Positions 37,313 through 48,013 of a stretch of DNA of 64,000 nt are shown here, in pieces. The stretch is from Azolla caroliniana (Eukaryota; Plantae; Polypodiophyta), in NCBI GenBank assembly GCA_043228905.1, contig JBHGNT010000004.1, positions 3,348,001-3,412,000 on the forward strand, given 5' to 3'. The translations under genes and the position numbers were made by a program. The number at the start of each line of letters is the position of its first letter. Within the stretch, counting starts at the first letter, position 1. The notes below the pieces were generated by a model. That model made no database searches. It saw nothing but the letters and a program-made list of their open reading frames with translations, and was not told the origin of the DNA.

Positions 37313-40300
37313 ATGTCTAGACAAAATAACGACCACATCACCGAAAGAGGGAGACGCCACGCCGAACGGCAGCGACGACGGGAAGCCCTGCAGCAAGCCG
37401 TCGACGAGATCCGGCGCGATCGGTCATTCTCAAAAACGCTTCGGCAAATCGCAGAAGAAGCACTGCAGTTCCAGGTTCTACAAGCTTCCGACGAAGGTAG
37501 TAGCATAACCAGCCTCCAAGAAGCGGAGACACTACTACAGACTCTCGCCGGCGGCGACAGGGACGCAGCGGCATTTGCAACATTAGAGGCGGATTCGGAT
37601 AGCGGGGAAAGCGTGGGATCCCGCTATAAAAGCAGCCACGAGAACAACCCCTTTGAGTCGGATCACTCAGCAACATCGGAGCCAGAGGAGGAAATAACTC
37701 TGGAGTTCGGTGACCGGCAATCGCCGAGGAGGGAGGAGCGGATACCAACACCACCCGCGGAGGAACCGCAGGAGCGGTTATCAACACCACCCGCGGAGGA
37801 ACAGCAGGAGCGGTTATCAACACCACCGCGGAGGAACCGCAGGAGCGGATACCAACACCACCTGCGGAGGAACCGCAGGAGCGGAGACCGACATCGGAGG
37901 AACCAGCGCAGGAGAATCAGTGGGACGACACGATGCCGTATCCGTACCCAAAGTATCGGGATGAGCCCGACGGAGAGGCACATGTGTATGCATTCCTGCG
38001 AACATGGGAAGCCAACCACGTGTCCCAGAGACTGACGGAGCCCGAGGCCGACCGATCCAAAGTCGCCGAATTCGGCATGACATTAGAAGGACCGGCGGCC
38101 CGGTGGCACGCAAAGCACTTACCAGGCAGCTTCGCCACGTTCGAGGCATTGAAAACCCAGTTTTTACGCTTGTTTCATAGACGAGTGGAACAAAGGGAAT
38201 TGGTCGGACAATTCTACACCACTCGGCAGGGAGAAAACGAGACGGTCCCACAATTTATCATTCGTTTCCAGACCTTGCACAGTCAATTAGCAAGAGCACC
38301 ACCCGAAGAGGAGGCCAAGGCAGTCTTTTTGGCTGCGTTAAAAGACCCACTTCGAGCGATGTGTGGAATCCTCGATTTCAGCACCAGCACAATGGACCAA
38401 GTCATTGATCGGGTCCTGGAAATGGACAACACGAGCCCCTTCTTGCCGATGGGGGCGTTACACCAGGCGCTTCCGAAGGAGGAGGACCTCCGGTTCCGAC
38501 AAGCCCTACAATGCACAACATGCCTAAATTCGGGGCACTCAGCCGTCGACTGCACCCTGCGCGCACAGTGCATGATATGCAATTCTCGCGCCCACACAAC
38601 AAACCGATGCGAGTATAACCTATTAACTCGACACGCGACACCGGTCCGACACATAGAACCGCGCAATCGGGACCCGGAAGAGGATCGATTCCGGAGGGAC
38701 GACCGCTACCGACGAGAACGCGGCGACAGATACCCCAATAGAAGACGCGACAGCTATGACCGAGAGGAGAACCGCAGGGATAGCTACCCCCGGGACCGGT
38801 ACGACCGAGACGAATCCCCGGAATACGAGCGACGCAGAGAAGACAGGCGGCCAGGGAACCGGAATTTCCGACGGAACCAAAGGCGGGGATTTTTCCGTAG
38901 AGAGGAGCGTCGGGAGGCAACAAGGAATGACAAACCAGTAGCGGCACCGGAGAACCGAAAAACCGAGGACAACCGCCGGGGAATGCCCCTTCCCCAAACA
39001 TGGGAAAAAGGAGAATCCAGCAACACGCACAGGGTGTACTGTTATTACTGCCGAAAAGAAGGGCATTACAGTAATCAATGCCCAAGCAAAACAGCCGACA
39101 AGCAGCCAGCAGTCAACATGGTGACAGCCGAAGTACAGCAGGTTACCACGCGGTCGAAGGGGAAGGCCGCCGAATGGGAAGCCCAGGAAGCAATCAGAAA
39201 ACAAGCGGCACAATGGATCAAAGAAGCCAACGAACAAGGTGCGGCGGAAGTAAGAGACCAAAATATGCCAAAGAATGAGGAAATCGCACAGCCAGGAGAA
39301 AACCCGACATGGCAAGCACTACAAGATTGTCAGATCGTGCTGCCGTTGGCACGGTTACTGCAGTTGGTGCCGCGGTTTACAGCAGACTTACAAGCCGCCG
39401 TGAGCAAACCGACGCCGACACCAGCACCGGCATTTTTCTCCAACCCGGAGGAAGGCCCAGCGGTGGTCGATACCAGTAGCCCAGCAATCACGACAATCGT
39501 CAAAGGAAAGGAGATTCCAGGAACAATTATTGACGGAGGCTCCGGGGTGAACGTCATTAGTCGACAGACATGCGACGACCTAGGCATCCAGGAGTGGGAA
39601 CCATGCCCCTTCTGGTTACGCATGGCGGATACAAGCTCAGTCCGACCAACCGGTCTTATCCGGGACTTGGAAGTAACAATAGGAGGCCACGTATTCCGAA
39701 TATCGGCCGTGGTACTAGAGCTGAATGTACAAGGCGCATATCCCCTACTGTTAGGACGACCATGGCTGCGAACGGCGCATATCAAGCAAAACTGGCAAAA
39801 GAATATGATCACGTTCCGACGAGGGAAAACAAAGGTACGGGTAGCCACGCAACCACGGGTGCTCACTAGCAAGGAGGCAACCCCTTTATATGCCGAAAGC
39901 ATCAACATGTTGGAGGGCTTACCGGATGAGGATGTTGATCGATACCTCGAGGAACACCCACAGATCGTCCCACTTTTTGAGGTGGATATCATGGCAGCAG
40001 TAGAGCCGTACATCACAATGCCGGACGAGCCGGACAAAGTGGCGATCCGGGAACTACGCCAAGCACAGGAAGCCCTAGAAAGAGAAATGACGATATCCCA
40101 AAGGGTGAAAGCATCCCAGCTGGAAGAGGTGGACCTCGGCACAACAGAACAACCCCGACCGGTAAAAGTCGCGAAGGAATTGCCGAAGGAGGAAAAACAG
40201 GCAATGGTAGCACTGTTAACGGATTTCAAGGACGTGTTCGCATGGTCATACGAAGACATGCGAGGGTTGGACCCCCAGCTCTACCAGCACCAAATTCATC

Positions 40301-43083
40301 TAAGTACTGACGCGAAACCCATCGCTCAACGTCGGTACCGGATGAATCCAAACTATGCGGCAAAGGTGAAGGAGGAAATTGACAAGCTTCTCCAGGTCGG
40401 ATTTATCCGACCAGTCAAGCAGGCAACCTGGCTAAGCCCGATAGTGGTGGTCCCGAAAAAGAACGGCAAAATCCGGGTATGTGTGGACTACAGGAAACTA
40501 AATGCCGCAACAGTGACCGACGCTTTTCCACCACCATTCACGGACGGAGTGCTAGATGCGGTGGCCGGCCACGAAGTTTACAGCTTCCTGGATGGATTCA
40601 GCGGCTACAACCAAATCCGAATGAACCCGGCCGACCAAGAGAAAACAGCGTTCGTGACGGAATGGGGAGTGTTCGTCGCGGTCGTGATGATGTTCGGATT
40701 AAAGACAGCCCCTGCAACATTTCAAAGGATAATTATGGAAATCTTCGGTGATTTTATTCCCGGTTTTATGCAGGTCTTCCTAGACGATTTCGCCGTCTAC
40801 AGCCGAGACGGAGAGCATCTCGATCACCTACGACTATGCTTAGAAAAGTGCCGCGAGTACCGATTAAGTCTGAACCCGGCTAAGTGCGTCTTTGGAGTCG
40901 CAAGCGGCAACTTGTTAGGCCACGTGGTGAGTCGGGAAGGAATCACGGTAGATCCGGATAAGGTAAAAGCAATTCTCGACGCACCGGCACCGAATAGCGC
41001 AAAGGCTTTAAGCCGATTCCTTGGTCAAATAAGGTGGCATAGTCGGATGATACGGCACCTTGCCGACTTTGCTACACCATTGCACGCTGCTGTACATAGA
41101 GTACCTTTCCAATGGACAGAAACGGAGGAGAAAGCCTACCAAGCGTTGAAGGTCATGCTGTCACAAGCTCCGGTGGTGCAGCCGCCGGACTGGAGTAAAA
41201 GCTTTCACGTCTTCGTCGACGCGTCGGACGTAGCAATCGGCAGCGTTTTGATGCAACTCACGGAACCGAAATGGTATCGGCCGGTGTACTACGCAAGCAG
41301 GAAACTCTCGAAAGCCGAACGGAACTACTCTACAACGGAACGAGAGGCATTAGGAATGGTGTACAGTGTCACAAAGTACAGGCACTATCTGCTCGGACGA
41401 AAGTTCTCCTTCCACGTTGACCACTCGGCACTACTCTACCTGGTCTCAAAGGCAGCCCTGACAGGAAAACTCGCACGATGGACGCTGCTATTACAGGAAT
41501 TCGAATTCGACATTTTCCACCGACCCGGGGTGCAGCATGCGGTAGCAGACTACCTGAGCAGACTAGAATCTGGAGAATCAGGGGACGGCGTACAGGACGA
41601 ATTTCCCGACGCCGAGCTGTTTAGGGTCACGACGGCACCGGTAACGGAGGCCACAGTAGCGGACGAAGACAAATGGTTAACCGAAATGCATCAGTTCCTG
41701 AGCACCGGAGTTCCCCCGGAAAACCTGGACCGAGACGAACGGAAAAGGATGGCAGTACGGAGCAGACATTTCTGCTTGGTAGGAGACACCCTCTATCACA
41801 AGGGGGCAGATGGCGTATGGAGGCGAGCAGTGCGGAGCGATGAAAAGGATCTGATCCTGAGGGAAGCCCACTGTGGAATTGCAGGCGGGCATTATGCCGG
41901 CGAAACAACAGCCCGGAAGATATGGCAGAGCGGACTATGGTGGCCGACTACCATGAGAGATGCCGTTAAGTATAGCAGGGAATGCGACCTGTGTCAACGA
42001 CTGGGCCAACCCACGGAGCAGGCCCGGATGCCACATCACCCGGTCTTGCCATTAGAACCATTCCAAAAGTGGGGCTTGGACTTTGTCGGCCCCTTCCAGC
42101 CACCGGCAATGCGGACCGGAAATCGGTATATAATAGTGGCTACCGACTACTGCACCAAATGGGTAGAAGCAAACGCACTACGGGACAACACGGCGGCGTC
42201 CACAGCCAAATTTTTATACGAATGCATATGGTGTCGGTACGGATGCCCGATTGAGCTGATCAGTGACCAGGGAGGACATTTCCTCGGGCAGGTGGTGGAA
42301 AGTTTGACATCATTCTATGCGGTAGTACACAAACGAAGCACTCCCTACTACCCTCAAGCCAACGGATTAGCGGAATCAACAAACAAAACGCTACAGAACA
42401 TCCTTAGAAAAATCGTCAATGAGAACCGGACCGACTGGGACACGAAGTTGCAGAGTGTGCTGTGGGCGTACTGAACGGCGTACAAGACCAGCATCCGGAC
42501 GACCCCGTTCCGACTGGCATTCGGCTTGGAAGCCGTCATGCCAGTAGAATTCCAAATTCCTAGCTTAAGAATACAGGTTAAGGAGCGGTTAAGCGAGAAG
42601 GAATCTGAACGAACCCGGATGGAGATGTTGTTGGAACTGGAGGAAAACCGAATGGCCAGCCTGCTACAGCTAGAACTAGAGCAAAGGAGGAGGAAAGCCT
42701 TTGTAGACCGACACCGGCGCGGTAACGAAAAGGAATTCGAGGTCGGGAAACCTGTATTACTGTTCCAGACAAGGATGGGGAGCATGCCAGGGAAATTGCG
42801 ATTTCGGTGGACCGGACCATTCTGGATCACAAAGGAGTACAATGGGTCTTACCAGCTCGGGACGTTGTCAGGAGAAGTTGTGGGCAAATGGGCAAATGGT
42901 TTTCGCCTAAAACCGTATAAGGGGCACATGCCAGCTAACCCCTTCAAGCAAGACCCGGACATCCTGAATGGCGAGGAACCGACACAGTTACGGAGGACCG
43001 AGGAGCCGACACCGACGCGTAACAACGAGGAACCGACGACAGGGCGCACCAACCCGAACACATCGGGGGGAACCGAACAATGA
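37313..43083 (+). pseudogene. Element B single-frame gag-pol with one frameshift and one stop
   Basis: 1-nt loss in a 33-bp repeat near 37826 and CGA>TGA at 42472. Otherwise Gag (3 CCHC), PR, RT, RH and INT are complete. Confidence 0.93.
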
Positions 43084-43475
43084 TGCGGCATATGCTTTAA
43101 AAAAATAAAAAATAAAATAAAAAATAAAAAAAAAATAAAAAAATGATGACGTGGTGCTACGGTCAAGAAAATTCAAGACAAGAAGATCAAGAAAATCATG
43201 GTAATGATGAAGGAGGTAGTTACAACCGTCACACGAGGTGCACGAGCTATTTAAAGCACAGAACGTGGGGGGCCGATGTACAGGATTTAAAACGCGCGTC
43301 AATTAAGGAGTCATAATGACAGACACGTAGGAGATTCGACACACGCGGCAAAGAAGCGCAAGCATGACACGCGGCAGCAAAGGACAAACATGTTATTCAT
43401 GACAGAGCATGCGCAGGCGCCAAAAATAGGACATGCTATTCATGACAGAGCATTCGCAGGCGCCAAAAATAGGAC

Positions 43476-46400
43476 ATGCTATTCAAAGCAGAACACGTGC
43501 AGACGCCAAAATTAAAGAGTGACATGCTAATTATGGCAGAGGACGCGCGAAAAACAGGAAAAGGCGGCTCAAGGGAAACGCCACTATATAAAGGAAGAAC
43601 CGGAGAAGGGTTCACTTTTTACGAATTTTCCCACAAGCAAACGCAGGCTCAAGACAGCGAGATCCGACGCGCAGAACACCTACACCCCGACCTCAGACCA
43701 CAGGCAGCAGCAGACGAAGAGGAAGCAATGGCACTGTCGGAAGGAGCGCGACAATGGCTGACGGAGAACGGATTAGGAGGGCTGCTGCGGGTCGCTGACG
43801 CTCCACCACACAAGGAACCAGAGCAGGCGGCAACAGCAAGGGACCTAGCAGAAGTCACCGAAGGAGCGGTACAAGCGCTCACCGGGATTGCGGAGGGTGG
43901 ACTTCAGACAATAGAGCTACCCTCGAGCCAAATATTCTTCGAGTATTTCGGCGAATATTCCCTCAGCAGCAAGGCGTATCGCACACAGGGCGGAGCGAAC
44001 CTGTTGTTCGGAGAGGTGGCCCGCGCCCTGATAGAGTATGGGTTCGTGAACCCTCGTCCGGCAGCCATAGCCAAATACCGAGCAGCGATCGTCATCGCGA
44101 CATTCGAAGGCCTGCAGGTGGACTGGCTCCACTTCATCACCGAAGGACTGAAAGAGGCGATAAAGCACTTGGTGGAAGGGAAGAAGCCATGGGCCGGAAT
44201 ATCCCAATGGTTAACAGTGTTGGTCCCACCGGTGTCCCCCATCAAGCACAAGCAAAGAAGTCGGCAGGAGACAACCCCGAAGCAAACCATGAAGCGCCGA
44301 CGAATCCTAGAGAAACACACCCCAGGATGGACACAGGAAGAAGAAGCGCCACGGGAAGAAGGATCATCCCGACAACCGCGGGAAGAAGGATCATCCCGAC
44401 AGCCGCGGAAAGAAGGCTCATCTCGACAACCGCGGGAAGAAGAACCCTCCCGACAGCAACGGGAGGAAGGCCCATCACGGCAGCCACAGAAACAGCAACA
44501 GCAACCGACCACGAAAAAGAAAAAGGCGGAAAAAGGCAAGGAGAAGCTGGCGAAGAAGACCAGCAAGAGGCAAACCGACACCGAACCAGTAACGCTCGAA
44601 TCGGAACCGGTACCAGTAAAGGAACCGATAGTCGCACCGACGGAGGACGCTGAAACAGAGGAAGACTCATCCGAACCGATGTTAATACTACCACCCAGGC
44701 AAGGAAAGGAGAAATGGACGACAAGACCGACCCCAACAGCGGACGGAACTCAGCAACGGGCGAAAGAACCGCCTCCAGTAACCGGAACCGAAGCGACACA
44801 GGATGAAGGTCCGTCGGCACCAAAGACGGCAGTACCGGAACCGACGGCGGAGTTCGAAGAACAAAGAAAGGAACAAGCGCCGGAGCAAGAGCAGAGGCCG
44901 GAGAAACAGCCGGAAAAACAGCCGGAGCTAGGTACGCCTGCTCACACCGACGAAGGCAGAACAAAGGCACAATGGCTAAGGTGGTTGTCAGGGCAGTTGT
45001 CGGGAGTGGCAGACCAGATGGAGAAAGAAGAGGAGCAAAGGGAACACGTGACTAGGACAACGACTAAGGATATGGCCATGCTCCGGACACAATTACATGA
45101 GCTGCAAGAAGAGCTAGCACAGGCAAAAGAAGGCAGCCGACAAGCACAAGATGGCACCGAGCCGGTTGGGACATCAGAAAAGCAAGCCGAACCAGAAACG
45201 GAGAAGGAGAAGGCCTTGCAAACCGGCCCTGAGACCGAGAAGTTAATAGCAACTTTGAAAGAAGAATTACAGGCTCAGGAGGCATTGAGAGATAACGAAA
45301 GAGAGCAGCGGAAGTTGGTAGAAGACGACAGACGGCGAATGGAGGAAGGCCTTCGCCGAAGCAAAGCCACCAATGACCGACTACAAGAAGAAAACGGGAC
45401 GCTGCAAAAGGAAAAAGATAGGCTGCGCCGACAAATGGAGCAGGAAATCGAGCGGTTGCGAGAGGAACTCCGACAACAAAAGGACCGGGATGATCGGTTG
45501 CGAGCTCAGGCGAATCGACGCCTAAAACAGAAGACGGAGGAATTTGACCAACTATGTAAGGATTATAAACAGGCCACGTCGGACATCAAGAATCAGGCAG
45601 CAACGTACGACCGACAGTTAGAGAAGCTGAAAGAGCAACTCAAGGAAAACCGCTTGGAATTGTCCAAAGCAAGGGAGGAAGTATCGGCGGAGAAGACCTT
45701 GACGTCGGAACAAAGAAAGGAGATGGACGTACTTCGGCAGAAAGTAGGGGAACTGACAAAGAGCAGGAACGAGGAAAAAGTGAAGTCGACTTTCGAAATC
45801 AACAAATGGCGGAGTACCTGTGACAAGCAAAAAGCCGACTCTGAAGCTCAAGCTCAGTTAATGGCCGACATCATCAAACGGATAAGGAAGGAAAAACAAG
45901 CAGCTTCGGAACAGGCTAAAGCAGGGGTGGGCCGAATTAAGTTCATTATGTCAAGTTGGAGTACCCGAGCTAAGGCCAGCATAAATGAAAGCACGGAGAA
46001 GCTCTGGAGGGAATGGGCACAACAGGCAGCTGAACTGCAGACACTCCGAGCTGATGCAGAAAATCGGAGGAAAACCGGAGATGGGTTCTATAAAATGGAC
46101 GAAGAAAGTATTGTCAACATCCGGGAAGAACTGTCGGAGGATTTCTATGCTCTAGCAGAAGAGCATCTCAGGGAAATCCGAGGGTTAGTAGAGAGGTTGG
46201 ATGACGGGCAGCTCGAAACCCAACTAGAATTGGAAGGGTACGAGAAGGACCGACTGCGACAGGAAGCCGAGGGACACACAACGCCGATCTCCATCAGTGA
46301 GGGCGAGCGACCGGCTGAAGAGGACCCAACCGACAACGCACCCCGACAAGAATTACCCGAGGAAGAACTTCCGGAGCAAGAACAGGTTGATGCCGGGGAT

Positions 46401-46673
46401 GATGCAGAGTGGAGACAGGGAAGTACCGAATCCGGGGAGGAAAGGACACAACCAGTGGAAACCGGAGAAAGCGATACCGGGAACGGAACGGAGGTAGAGC
46501 AGGACAGACCCGGACAGGTTACAGAAGAAACACCGGTACCACCGGCACAAGCAGAGTCGGAGCAGCAAGATGCGAAAAGGCAGCCAATCCAATCGGAAGT
46601 CGGAGACGGCACAGGCAAGACAACACTTGAAACCTCTGAGCGGAGTTTGCTGGATAATTTGGAGGAAGATTGA
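43476..46673 (+). CDS. Element B extra ORF3, 1065 aa: N-terminal globular domain, repeats, long coiled coil, acidic tail
   Basis: Uninterrupted ORF between integrase and the 3' LTR, conserved with A. The start conserved with A is ATG 43533. No signal peptide or TM helix is evident. Confidence 0.88.
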   Translation: MLFKAEHVQTPKLKSDMLIMAEDARKTGKGGSRETPLYKGRTGEGFTFYEFSHKQTQAQDSEIRRAEHLHPDLRPQAAADEEEAMALSEGARQWLTENGLGGLLRVADAPPHKEPEQAATARDLAEVTEGAVQALTGIAEGGLQTIELPSSQIFFEYFGEYSLSSKAYRTQGGANLLFGEVARALIEYGFVNPRPAAIAKYRAAIVIATFEGLQVDWLHFITEGLKEAIKHLVEGKKPWAGISQWLTVLVPPVSPIKHKQRSRQETTPKQTMKRRRILEKHTPGWTQEEEAPREEGSSRQPREEGSSRQPRKEGSSRQPREEEPSRQQREEGPSRQPQKQQQQPTTKKKKAEKGKEKLAKKTSKRQTDTEPVTLESEPVPVKEPIVAPTEDAETEEDSSEPMLILPPRQGKEKWTTRPTPTADGTQQRAKEPPPVTGTEATQDEGPSAPKTAVPEPTAEFEEQRKEQAPEQEQRPEKQPEKQPELGTPAHTDEGRTKAQWLRWLSGQLSGVADQMEKEEEQREHVTRTTTKDMAMLRTQLHELQEELAQAKEGSRQAQDGTEPVGTSEKQAEPETEKEKALQTGPETEKLIATLKEELQAQEALRDNEREQRKLVEDDRRRMEEGLRRSKATNDRLQEENGTLQKEKDRLRRQMEQEIERLREELRQQKDRDDRLRAQANRRLKQKTEEFDQLCKDYKQATSDIKNQAATYDRQLEKLKEQLKENRLELSKAREEVSAEKTLTSEQRKEMDVLRQKVGELTKSRNEEKVKSTFEINKWRSTCDKQKADSEAQAQLMADIIKRIRKEKQAASEQAKAGVGRIKFIMSSWSTRAKASINESTEKLWREWAQQAAELQTLRADAENRRKTGDGFYKMDEESIVNIREELSEDFYALAEEHLREIRGLVERLDDGQLETQLELEGYEKDRLRQEAEGHTTPISISEGERPAEEDPTDNAPRQELPEEELPEQEQVDAGDDAEWRQGSTESGEERTQPVETGESDTGNGTEVEQDRPGQVTEETPVPPAQAESEQQDAKRQPIQSEVGDGTGKTTLETSERSLLDNLEED

Positions 46674-46679
46674 AGCCGG

Positions 46680-46721
46680 TTGTGGGTTCGAAGTGCAATG
46701 CACTTTCCCACGGGCGTGCCA
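46680..46721 (+). other. tRNA-Arg-like 3' end (inverted PBS) at the PPT position of B
   Basis: TTGTGGGTTCGA-[hairpin]-TCCCACGGGCGTGCCA, then TG, then the LTR. Confidence 0.75.
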
Positions 46722-47600
46722 TGTGTTGGCCGGTCAGAGAAGGCAAATGGGAAAGCAAGGTCGGATCGGATAAATATAGAAATAGGAATAGAATTATTAG
46801 GAGGGACGGATCCGGTAGTTGTAACCGATCCGGATCCGAACCGATTCGGTTTCGGTTAACGGTTGCCTAAGAGCACCGATTGTAATCTGGCCGGATGCCT
46901 ATAAAAGGATCCGATGTTTTGTAATGAAGTGGCGAAGAATTAATATAGTTTTGCTTATGCTTATTAATCTTGTCTTCGTCGGTGCTTAAGTGTAATTATC
47001 ATACGCGTGTATTAACATCCTATCCCTACCACCCCTTTGGAGAAGTGTCGGATAGACACCTGTGTTGCGGCTAGTCCAGCCATACATACAACAACAGGAA
47101 GCCAAGGGAAGAACGACGCCAATCACTATAAGTGAGGGAGAGCGACCGGCTGAAGTTGAACCAACCGACACCGAACAACCCCGACGAGGAATACCCGAAG
47201 AAGAACTTCCGTTCGAAGGAGAAGAAGAAGAGCAAGAGCAGACCGATGCCGGAGAAGAAGAAGAGCTGAGACCGGAAGACACCAGAGCAGAGGAAGAAGG
47301 CGTACCGAGCCGACCAGTCGAGACCAGAGAAAGCGACACTAGTAATAGAACAGAGCCTGGAACGGAGGGAGAATAGGAAGAACCCGGACGAAGCGGTGAG
47401 GAAGCACCGGCACCACAGAATCAAGCAGAGCCGGAGCAGCAAATTTTTACGGAACAGCCAACCCAACTGGAGGTCGGAGACCAGGCAGGCAAGGAACAGG
47501 AATTGGAGGAAGAAGCACCACTTGACACCATCGAGCAGAGTGTGCTCGATATTTTGGAGGAAGAATGAGGCCGGGAGTGGATTCGAAGGGCAAGGCACTT

Positions 47601-47616
47601 TCCCACGGGCGTGCCA
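47601..47616 (+). other. Same tRNA-Arg-like 16-mer at the PPT position of A
   Basis: TCCCACGGGCGTGCCA, then TG, then the LTR at 47619. Confidence 0.75.
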
Positions 47617-48013
47617 TGTGTTGGTCGGTCAGCAGAGCAAGGACAAGTGGGAAGGCGGAGTCGGATCGGATAATAGGAAGTAAATAATAGTAGAATTATT
47701 ATTCGGGGGGACGGATCCGGTACAGTTGTACCGATCCGGATCCAGACCGATTCGGATGTCGGTTGCCTAAGCGCACCGATTGTAACCTTGCCGGATGCCT
47801 ATAAAAGGATCCGATGATTTGTAAAGGGTTTGACGGAAGTAATACAAAAGTAATTATTGCGTGTTTATCTGTATCTTCGTATTGTTTACCGTCTGTGCTT
47901 AATTGTAATCATCTTACGCGTGTAACCTAGCATCCAATCCTTGCCACCCCTTTGGAGAAGTGTTGGATAGACACCTGTGTTGAGGCTAGTCCGGCCAGGC
48001 AAACAACATAGCT

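Larger units (their letters stand above)
36891..47093 (+). mobile_element. Element B: young relative of A, inserted in A's ORF3
   Basis: 370-bp LTRs at 36891-37260 and 46724-47093 (one difference seen). TSD ACAGG. PBS TGGCGACCAC at 37267-37276. Confidence 0.97.
34280..47568 (+). pseudogene. Element A extra ORF3 (coiled-coil), interrupted by B (36891-47098)
   Basis: Colinear with B ORF3. Stops at 34577, 35534 and 47374. Reads RVRQ|EAKGRTTPITISEG across the B insertion. Confidence 0.88.
20605..48008 (+). mobile_element. Element A: tRNA-Arg gypsy element with an extra 3' ORF; contains E and B
   Basis: 390-bp LTRs at 20605-20994 and 47619-48008 (TGTTG...CAACA, about 8 differences). 5-bp TSD TAGCT. 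PBS TGGCGACCAC at 21001-21010. Confidence 0.95.

Noticed and set aside
37800-37935. Programmed frameshift in the 5' part of B gag
   Set aside because: A is in one frame here; B has a 1-nt deletion in a 33-bp tandem repeat.
43476-46673. Retroviral envelope gene
   Set aside because: No signal peptide, transmembrane helix or Cys-rich ectodomain; the protein is highly charged.
46674-46721. Functional tRNA gene
   Set aside because: Only a T-arm-like segment and 3' acceptor strand with encoded CCA are present; there is no D or anticodon arm.
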